This document shows, one piece after another, positions 57,142-64,000 of a stretch of 64,000 nt of DNA. The stretch lies in assembly GCA_963664875.1 (NCBI GenBank), contig OY761611.1, positions 1,835,656 through 1,899,655 of the forward strand, given 5' to 3'. The notes beneath the pieces were generated by a model. The model searched no databases and was not told the DNA's origin. It saw only the letters and a program-made list of their open reading frames with translations. Position numbers and translations under genes: made by a program. Origin of the DNA: Candidatus Kapaibacterium sp. GTDB lineage: Bacteria; Bacteroidota; Ignavibacteria; Kapaibacteriales; UBA2268. Every line of letters begins with the position of its first letter. Position 1 is the first letter of the stretch.

Positions 57142-57756
57142 ATGCTTCGAATCCTGACCTTATTATTTATTTGTTTTTTAACTTCATCTCAAGTGATGGC
57201 TCAAAAGCAAGAAAATAATAGTGCCAAACATTGGGCTATTGTTCTATCTGCCGGATATCAATCACACAATGTCCCCGATTTCGCTTTAATCAAGAGTAGT
57301 AGAGGGCTTAATTTGCAATTAGAAAATTTCAGATATGATAACTTTGGATTCTACGCAGGCTATTCTTTCTTCTTTTCAGAAGAAACTCCTTATACTGCAT
57401 CAGATGAATTTGGTCATATTTTGGGAAACCGAGAATTTCATATTGAGTTGCATTCTCTCTACTTTGGTTCTAACTGGTTTTTCCTTTCCGGAAATAAAAC
57501 AAAAGACTTTTCACCTTTCATTGGGGCTGAGCTATCTCTCAATGCTGTAAATGACATTAGCTCTGTTGATCAAGTGAATAAGCTAAATATTGCATTCGCG
57601 CCGGTTTTGGGGCTAAACGTGCCCATTTATGGCTCTTTTGGATTAAAATTGGATGCAAAATACAAAATCCCGTTTTTGCATATAGAAGTTGATGGTAATT
57701 ATCGTGCTGAATTTGAATATTTTCAGTTCGACCTTGGTGTAATGTTTGCCTTTTAA
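57142..57756 (+). CDS. Small outer-membrane beta-barrel protein
   Basis: Signal peptide ending VMAQ, beta-strand periodicity, and a C-terminal ...GVMFAF terminus. Confidence 0.55.
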   Translation: MLRILTLLFICFLTSSQVMAQKQENNSAKHWAIVLSAGYQSHNVPDFALIKSSRGLNLQLENFRYDNFGFYAGYSFFFSEETPYTASDEFGHILGNREFHIELHSLYFGSNWFFLSGNKTKDFSPFIGAELSLNAVNDISSVDQVNKLNIAFAPVLGLNVPIYGSFGLKLDAKYKIPFLHIEVDGNYRAEFEYFQFDLGVMFAF

Positions 57757-57810
57757 TGTAAGTGATTCAAAACATATTGAAATATACTTGTTGTTTTGAT
57801 TTTATCACCT

Positions 57811-59367
57811 TCACACTAAAGTTTCTATCAAAAAATTTCTGTTTGTGGCATTTGAGAAAATATCTTTAAAAGAAGTAAAATCGGTAGCGAGATGATAATC
57901 AAGTCCAAACATCTCAGCTGCACCTTTGAAATTGAAGCTGTGTGGTGTTTGCCAGTAGCCGAATTCTTCTTTGTATTTGCTTACCGGTAGTTTTGAGAAT
58001 ATGCTACCACCGTGGTTATTAATAACTACAATAGTTACTGGCATACCTGCATATTGGATTGTAGATAGTGAGTTCAGGTCGTGTATTGCTGTTAGATCAC
58101 CAACTACGCAGATTAGTCTCTTGGCTTTAGTTCCTAAGCCTGTTGCCATACCTATTGCTGAGGAGATATTCCCGTCTATTCCGCTTACTCCGCGGTTTGC
58201 TGCTAAGAATATAGACTCACCTTGATTTTCCGAATAAGTATCAAAATTTCTGATACTCATACTGTTACCTGAAAAGATGCAGCTTTGTTCCTCGGCATTT
58301 TCAAAAACATACTTGCATATATTATAGTCTGTATAGGTGCTATCTATCTCTGTAGTGTTATCTTCATTAGAAGCAATATCTATATTAGAGCTATTATTTA
58401 TTTTAACATTATCATGTATAGAAATATGAGAAATTGATTCTGCTTTTGCGAATATTTCAGATTTCTGTTCACGGAAAGTAAAGACCGATAGAGATATGTT
58501 TTCAAGTGATGAAATCGTATCTGTAAGCTTCTGATTAACAAGCTTGCCACCGATGAATGCAAGGTTTAGCTGCTGCTTCTCGGACTGTTGTCTGAGCAAT
58601 TTTTCTAATGCAACTACAATGTTTTTTCTGCCAAAATTCCTTAATCCGGAGCGAATATCGGCATAAACCGGAATTTCTGATTTAGATAATACATCTTTGA
58701 TAAATTGAGACTCAACGTAGTTAAGCTCGCCTATAATGAGTACGTCTGCGTCTATATTTATTGCTTTAGAGGGAATTTCATTGACCGAAACATTTGGCTC
58801 GAACTCTTTGTAGAAATTATAATCTTCACTCGGCTCCAAAGGTTTTTTATACATGAGATTGATTTGAACCGGCTTGCTGCTCTGAAAAGCATAATTTACA
58901 GCAGCTTTCGCCTTATCCAAACCTCCCTTATCTGCAGAGTTGTAAGTCTCAATATTTGCAAATTTGCCGGCATGAGAGCCATATAAATTTTGCTGATTAA
59001 CAGTTTGGTTTGCACCTGTCTCATAAAGCTCGAACGGTCTGTCTGCACTAAGAATTATCATTGGCAGGCAGTCATTATTAGCTTCCATCACTGCAGGAAA
59101 GTAATTGGCAGGTGCAGTGCCCGAAGTACACACCAATACCGCAGGTTTGCCTGTAGCTCTGGCATAACCGACAGCATGATAGCCCGCAGCCCTTTCGTCA
59201 TAGAATATAGCTTTTTTAGCTCTTGTCTCTTTAGCCAATGAAAGGGTAATCGGTGTCGAGCGCGATCCGGGAGAGATACAGAAATAATCAATACCCAATG
59301 CAACAAGATACTGAATTAATTCACGGGAAACATCATACTGCCTATCTCTGTACATAGCCCATCGCAT
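57811..59367 (-). CDS. menD: 2-succinyl-5-enolpyruvyl-6-hydroxy-3-cyclohexene-1-carboxylate synthase
   Basis: N-terminal ISPGSRSTPITL and the TPP-binding motif GDLTAIHDLNS...NNHGGSIF. Overlaps the menF stop codon. Confidence 0.88.
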   Translation of the reverse strand: MRWAMYRDRQYDVSRELIQYLVALGIDYFCISPGSRSTPITLSLAKETRAKKAIFYDERAAGYHAVGYARATGKPAVLVCTSGTAPANYFPAVMEANNDCLPMIILSADRPFELYETGANQTVNQQNLYGSHAGKFANIETYNSADKGGLDKAKAAVNYAFQSSKPVQINLMYKKPLEPSEDYNFYKEFEPNVSVNEIPSKAINIDADVLIIGELNYVESQFIKDVLSKSEIPVYADIRSGLRNFGRKNIVVALEKLLRQQSEKQQLNLAFIGGKLVNQKLTDTISSLENISLSVFTFREQKSEIFAKAESISHISIHDNVKINNSSNIDIASNEDNTTEIDSTYTDYNICKYVFENAEEQSCIFSGNSMSIRNFDTYSENQGESIFLAANRGVSGIDGNISSAIGMATGLGTKAKRLICVVGDLTAIHDLNSLSTIQYAGMPVTIVVINNHGGSIFSKLPVSKYKEEFGYWQTPHSFNFKGAAEMFGLDYHLATDFTSFKDIFSNATNRNFLIETLV

Positions 59368-60574
59368 TTATAAAGTTGTCTAATTTGTTATTGGTTTCTA
59401 GCCATTCGTTCACTGCCTTCGAACCGGGAACTATGCCTGCTCCGGCGAATATATATGCTTTATCATCTCTTATAAGAGCTGAGCGAATAGCCACCGCAAA
59501 TTCGGAATAATCCTTACTAACGATGCCAAATGGAGCAGCGTAAAGACCACGATGATAGTCTTCGTACTCTCTGATAAAAGCCATTGCTTGATCAGTTGGC
59601 ATCCCTCCTACTGCCGGAGTCGGATGAAGTACTTTCAAAAGCTTATGATCATTAATATCTCTAAGCTCAGCTTTGATAGGAGTATGTAAATGTTGCAATG
59701 TTGCATATCGTCTGATAGATGGCTGAGTATCAGATTTGACTGATACTGATAAGTTCTTTATATTATCTATAATATATTCTTTTACTATCTTGTGTTCGTT
59801 TAGCTCTTTCTCGTCTGAGAGCAACTCATCTTCCATTTTCTTATCCAATTCTTCCTCACCATATACGGGACGAGTCCCTGCCAGAGCGTCAATATACAAT
59901 TTATTATTTTCTCTTCTGAAAAGAGTCTCAGGGCTTGCTGTAATGAAATAATCACCATTTGGCAACTCAGCAAAAGCCAAATAAGAATTTTCCGAATTAG
60001 AGCGAAGTAGCTCCATTACATCAAAAATGCAAACTTTAGCCTCAAAATCAGCGATAGACATACGAGAAAGAACTATTTTGGAAGTGCTGCCATTTTGGAA
60101 CTCTTCCAATGCGGCTGCGATCATCTCCGCCCAATGCATTTCCCCTGTAAAATCAGATATATCCATTACTCTCACTGCCGGCACATATTTCCTTGGCTCT
60201 GAAAGATGCAACAAACCGTCAACGTTATCAATACTCTTAGATTTATAAAAATATACAGAGTTATTGACTTTACAATATGCAATAATAGGCATATAGAAGA
60301 GCTCTTGTGCCATTTGTTCCCATGGGAATTTAAACTCAGCACCAAAAAAATTTGCTGTATAAAAGTAAAAATCTGCATTTGGCGAGATTTTTTCTTGTAT
60401 ATTAAAGAACCCAAAAAGTTCAAAGTCTCCATCTTTGGATTTCCAGTATATCTTTTTACCGGATTTCACTTTATCGGGAAACATGTCAAAATCAGGCAAC
60501 AGCCTGATTAAATCAGTGTTGGCATTGTCTGTGATTAGATTTGCATTAATACTATTTAGAAATTTTGTATTCAT
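59342..60574 (-). CDS. menF: Isochorismate synthase
   Basis: Chorismate-binding domain motifs HPTPAVGG, YAAPFG and FAGAGIVPGS. Likely ATG at 60574 (MNTKFL). Confidence 0.85.
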   Translation of the reverse strand: MNTKFLNSINANLITDNANTDLIRLLPDFDMFPDKVKSGKKIYWKSKDGDFELFGFFNIQEKISPNADFYFYTANFFGAEFKFPWEQMAQELFYMPIIAYCKVNNSVYFYKSKSIDNVDGLLHLSEPRKYVPAVRVMDISDFTGEMHWAEMIAAALEEFQNGSTSKIVLSRMSIADFEAKVCIFDVMELLRSNSENSYLAFAELPNGDYFITASPETLFRRENNKLYIDALAGTRPVYGEEELDKKMEDELLSDEKELNEHKIVKEYIIDNIKNLSVSVKSDTQPSIRRYATLQHLHTPIKAELRDINDHKLLKVLHPTPAVGGMPTDQAMAFIREYEDYHRGLYAAPFGIVSKDYSEFAVAIRSALIRDDKAYIFAGAGIVPGSKAVNEWLETNNKLDNFINAMGYVQR

Positions 60575-60683
60575 AGTCAATTTCAGCAATAAAATCCGCA
60601 CTAAGTCAGTCTTTAAGACACTAAAGTAAGGATTTTAATTTAATTTAAAAAAGTCTTAGTTTTGTACTATTGTTCTGTATCCC

Positions 60684-61460
60684 TTGCGAAAAAAGAATTT
60701 GGATAAAAATACGAAAATATGGCAAGAACTAACAGCCGGAAAAACAATTATTGCCGGCCCGTGTTCTGTAGAAAATAAAGAGCAGATTTCACTACTTGGC
60801 GATTTGATTGCCGATATGGGACTTAGATTCTTGCGCGGTGGCTCTTATAAACCTCGTACCAATCCCACTTCTTTTCAGGGATTGGGAGCTGAGGCTGTGC
60901 AGCTTTTACGGGAAGTAGCGGACAGACACAATCTTTTTACCGTGACTGAAGTGCTTGACACAGAACAGCTCGTAGAACATTACGACAAAATTGACATGAT
61001 ACAAATCGGCAGCAGAAACATGGCTTCTTACGGCTTTTTGAAGCACGTTGGGAACATGACTGCCAAAGATAACAAACCTGTATTGCTAAAAAGAGGATTC
61101 GCTTCTACATTGAACGAACTTGTAATGGCAGCCGAATATATCAGAAATGCCGGCAATCCGAATGTTGTGCTGTGCCTTAGAGGTATCCGTACATTCGAGC
61201 AGGTTGACTCACTTTTCCGTTTTACACCTGATTTGGGTTCTATCATCGAGCTAAAAGCAATGACAGATATGCCTGTCTATTTTGACCCGTCTCACGCAGC
61301 CGGGAAAGCAGAATACGTGCCTGCGCTCGCAAAAGCCGCCTTGGCAATGGGAGCAGACGGTCTGATGATAGAAACGCACCACGAGCCACAATGCGCTCTT
61401 AGCGACGGCATGCAATCTATTTTACCCGAGGTTTTGAGAGAGATTGTAGAGGGGATTTAG
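60684..61460 (+). CDS. 3-deoxy-7-phosphoheptulonate (DAHP) synthase, type I-beta
   Basis: IAGPCSVENKEQ, LRGGSYKPRTNPTSFQGLG and FDPSHA motifs. 258 aa. TTG start. Confidence 0.85.
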   Translation: MRKKNLDKNTKIWQELTAGKTIIAGPCSVENKEQISLLGDLIADMGLRFLRGGSYKPRTNPTSFQGLGAEAVQLLREVADRHNLFTVTEVLDTEQLVEHYDKIDMIQIGSRNMASYGFLKHVGNMTAKDNKPVLLKRGFASTLNELVMAAEYIRNAGNPNVVLCLRGIRTFEQVDSLFRFTPDLGSIIELKAMTDMPVYFDPSHAAGKAEYVPALAKAALAMGADGLMIETHHEPQCALSDGMQSILPEVLREIVEGI

Positions 61461-61513
61461 ATTTTTTTAGAATTATTTTTTAGTTGTTGCAACATTCATC
61501 TGTCGAAGAATTG

Positions 61514-61690
61514 CTATTCGATATTATTGAGACATATTATGTCAGTATTCGAGTAATCTTCTGCATCAAGAACTAAATCCTCATTTTTGTACATCATAGT
61601 AACTTTTTCAATAGCTTCTTCACTACTATCAGCTTCGATTTCTACTACCCGAGATAGTACTTCTCTTACTACGATTTCATAAGTTTTCAT
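61514..61690 (-). CDS. dpnD: DpnD/PcfM-like small protein
   Basis: MKTYEIVVREV...EIEADSEEEA...DAEDY pattern of DpnD. Its ATG at 61690 overlaps the end of the DpnI-like gene (ATGAAAACTTATGA). Confidence 0.7.
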   Translation of the reverse strand: MKTYEIVVREVLSRVVEIEADSSEEAIEKVTMMYKNEDLVLDAEDYSNTDIICLNNIE

Positions 61691-62462
61691 TTTGAACCTT
61701 TTTGTAATTCCCATTACCTAAAAACTCAATTATACCTTGATCTCTTAAATATTGTAATTGCTGTCTTATTTTATCTTTGACGAAGTTATTATTTGGGTAT
61801 TTCTTTTTAAGTTCTGTTTCAAATTTATACATCTCTTGAAGATTGAAAATATCTTTGGGAATTTGGTCTAAGCACTTCATTATATCAAGAAGCCAGCCAC
61901 GCCTCTCGTGTTTGGTTTTTCTTAAAAATAAAGTATTTTGCCAATGATTTATAACTCTTTCTTTTAATGTAGAAATTCCATTCTGAATGAGATATATTTT
62001 ACCGTGATTTGGTATCTGAGCTAAGCTAATATTACACCCTATCCAACCTGCTCGACGAGCAGTTGACGGTAATGGATTCCTTTTTTCTATCATGTTTTCA
62101 GTCATGAAGTGCTTCGGGACTAACATAAAGTTGGTAACTTTACTGTTCCGTTTGTCATAAGTCAGAAAGAAAAAGTTTGGGTTGTTATCAGCTTGAATCC
62201 TATCAATCATAGTGGAAAATGCACCATCTGCAATTTTGGAACCGAAACTAATTGCATTTTTACTTTTTAGTTCAAATTCTTCTCTACAATTATGACACGC
62301 AAAATCTGCAACTGGGCTATTATTGGGCATTGCGTTTAAGCTTTCCGCTCCACAAACTGGACAATAACTATTTCTTTTAACCCAGTCTTCAGTCAATACT
62401 CTTGCTTTTTGTGAGTTGCTCTTATAATTCTCTGCTACTGATAAATCAAAATATATGTTCAT
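61677..62462 (-). CDS. dpnC: DpnI-type methyl-directed (Type IIM) restriction endonuclease
   Basis: Near-colinear with my recollection of S. pneumoniae DpnI: YKSNSQKARVLTEDWV, YCPVCG, PVADFACHNCREEFELKSK, QADNNPNFFFLTY, PSTARRAGWIGCNI, and a winged-helix tail KIRQQLQYLRDQGIIEF. Confidence 0.85.
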   Translation of the reverse strand: MNIYFDLSVAENYKSNSQKARVLTEDWVKRNSYCPVCGAESLNAMPNNSPVADFACHNCREEFELKSKNAISFGSKIADGAFSTMIDRIQADNNPNFFFLTYDKRNSKVTNFMLVPKHFMTENMIEKRNPLPSTARRAGWIGCNISLAQIPNHGKIYLIQNGISTLKERVINHWQNTLFLRKTKHERRGWLLDIMKCLDQIPKDIFNLQEMYKFETELKKKYPNNNFVKDKIRQQLQYLRDQGIIEFLGNGNYKKVQNENL

Positions 62463-62632
62463 ATTACACTATTCTGTTAAGCTAATTTTTCAATATACAA
62501 TTTTATCTTTAAGATAGACATAGATATTCATGCTGTTGAAAATTTTTAAAAGTAGCAGAACTACTTTTTGATTTGACCCAACCTAAAATTATCTGAAGAA
62601 ACTGCTCACTTTCCAATTACAAATCAAATTTT

Positions 62633-62664
62633 AAAAAAAACGCACCCCAAATCTGAGATGCGTC
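62633..62664 (-). terminator. Rho-independent terminator (minus strand) after the vWA-family gene
   Basis: On the minus strand: ACGCATC / GGTGCGT stem followed by T8. Confidence 0.7.
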
Positions 62665-62678
62665 TTCTTTTTCGCCAT

Positions 62679-64000
62679 TTATTTAGTTTTGCCGACTACT
62701 CCTTTAAGCCTAATGAAGTATTTGATATACTTATTCAAAGTTGTTTTTCCAAGATTGAGTTCGGAGTTAAAACTGATATAATGCATACAAAACTCATCTT
62801 TCGGAATTTCTACTTTACCATCAGCATTTTTTCTGAATGGATTAGTTTGGTTCATCACATTATCAATAGCGCCTTTGGTAAGCCGTGTTCCTTTCTCATC
62901 CCAGATCTCGAAGTAGAGTGTATAATTTTCTCCCTCTGGAACAAGTTTCATATTATCTGTTTTTTCTTTCCAAAGATTACCATGTTGGTATGTTTGGTAA
63001 TTTTTGCCACCTAATTCAAATTTTCCAGAGGGAATAATAGTAAATTTTGAGTTATATATACTATTTGGCTTCAATTCTCCCATTGATGTTCCTATAGCTT
63101 CAATCATTTCTTTTAGAAAATCAGAACTACTATATTCAGACTTAATATCTTGGGCCTCCAACTCTATCGCAAAAATATTACTATTGTTGTCAGTCATAAT
63201 TGAAACAGAAATATCTTTAAACAAAAATGCCTTTTGTTTTATATACTTTGCAATTACATTATCAATATTGTCTCTGCGTTTCAAAACGAAATTGTCATAT
63301 CGATAATTAACTTGGAATAAAGTAAATTCAAATATATCTCCATCTTGGAATGACTTGTCTAATTGACCATTTTTTATAGGAAATAAATGGAATCTTTGAT
63401 TACTATTAATCTTATAGCAAATAGTATCTATATATTTTACGGAATCTCTTATCCACTTTAAGTCTGACTCGTATGGCCAGTTCTCTGTGCTATATGGTCG
63501 TCTGCTAGGAGTCAACGCACTTAAGCTATACTCAACGTCTTCTCTACCAAGCTCATACACTACATCCTCTGAAACATTATCTTTACTTACAAAGTCTTCT
63601 ATATCGACTTCTTCAATGTCCTTATTTGCATTGGCTTCTTCCGGTATTTCTGCATCTACAGCTACAAAGGAAGTGTGGTTTGTCATGAGGTGATATTTCA
63701 AACCAAGATTGATGATTTCCTCTTTGTTTCGGTCTCTGTTGTTATAAGAATTTTCGCCGGGAAAGTCCTGGATAGTTTGCAATTTTCTTCTCGCCCAGAG
63801 GTACTTGAGTACTTTAGTGGTGTCAAGTTCTGCAAAGCGTTCCACTTGGAAATATGTTTTCATTTCCTGCTTGCCGTTTAAGCCTGAAACACGAACAATT
63901 CCGGATGGATGCCCTTTGTATTTACCGCTAATAATAATTGGTCTTTGAGCAAATACGTCAGGAATTTTCTCAGGTACTAAGTCATAAGCATCAAAGCCTT
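62679..64000 (-). CDS. VIT/vWA-family protein, C-terminal part (gene continues beyond the right window edge), with an unassigned ~300-aa C-terminal domain
   Basis: The reading frame stays open from 64000 through the listed ATG at 63863 (GFDAYDLVPEKIPDVFAQRPIIISGKYKG...). The LWARRKLQ...TNHTSFVAVD motif is typical of the region after vWA in VIT-vWA proteins. Confidence 0.65.
   Translation of the reverse strand, partial: GFDAYDLVPEKIPDVFAQRPIIISGKYKGHPSGIVRVSGLNGKQEMKTYFQVERFAELDTTKVLKYLWARRKLQTIQDFPGENSYNNRDRNKEEIINLGLKYHLMTNHTSFVAVDAEIPEEANANKDIEEVDIEDFVSKDNVSEDVVYELGREDVEYSLSALTPSRRPYSTENWPYESDLKWIRDSVKYIDTICYKINSNQRFHLFPIKNGQLDKSFQDGDIFEFTLFQVNYRYDNFVLKRRDNIDNVIAKYIKQKAFLFKDISVSIMTDNNSNIFAIELEAQDIKSEYSSSDFLKEMIEAIGTSMGELKPNSIYNSKFTIIPSGKFELGGKNYQTYQHGNLWKEKTDNMKLVPEGENYTLYFEIWDEKGTRLTKGAIDNVMNQTNPFRKNADGKVEIPKDEFCMHYISFNSELNLGKTTLNKYIKYFIRLKGVVGKTK

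Noticed and set aside
1-64000. CRISPR arrays, rRNA or tRNA genes, IS elements, integrases or prophage blocks
   Set aside because: I saw no regularly spaced 25-40-bp repeats, no tRNA-like cloverleaf signatures in the intergenic regions I read, and no transposase, integrase or recombinase-like ORFs in the six-frame track.

Overview
AT-rich (about one-third G+C by eye, not computed) chromosomal segment from an FCB-superphylum bacterium. The lineage call (Ignavibacteria/Bacteroidota-like) rests on two proteins ending in T9SS-type C-terminal sorting domains and clear GGAGG-type ribosome-binding sites. About 50 genes are present, mostly housekeeping: M16 peptidase, PAS histidine kinase, POT transporter, dapA, cysS, dnaK, trkH/trkA, ricT-holB, fused E1 2-oxoacid dehydrogenase, class II photolyase, crcB, dnaA, rmuC, dCMP deaminase, plsY, purK, cdsA, rfbD, ribD, KamA-like radical SAM, ppk2, menF-menD and DAHP synthase. 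dnaA has an 0.8-kb AT-rich upstream region carrying a perfect DnaA box. I found no rRNA, tRNA, CRISPR array, transposase or integrase. I see no clear-cut new multi-gene defence system. The items most worth follow-up are these. (1) A roughly 300-bp GC-rich, hairpin-dense tandem non-coding element (16501-16805) with three G6/C6 motifs, abutting an orphan UmuD-like S24 peptidase gene. (2) A 2309-aa T9SS cargo protein with LamG domains, a dockerin-cohesin pair, and a flagellar-hook (FlgE)-like segment nested inside a LamG fold. (3) A polyphosphate-centred gene set: CHAD abutted to TrkH/TrkA, an overlapping VTC-DUF4956-beta-barrel module, and PPK2. (4) A DpnI/DpnD-type methyl-directed restriction cassette next to a VIT/vWA-family gene that runs off the right edge. 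(5) A KamA-family enzyme with a long N-terminal extension. All domain calls come from motif recognition by eye and need profile searches to confirm.
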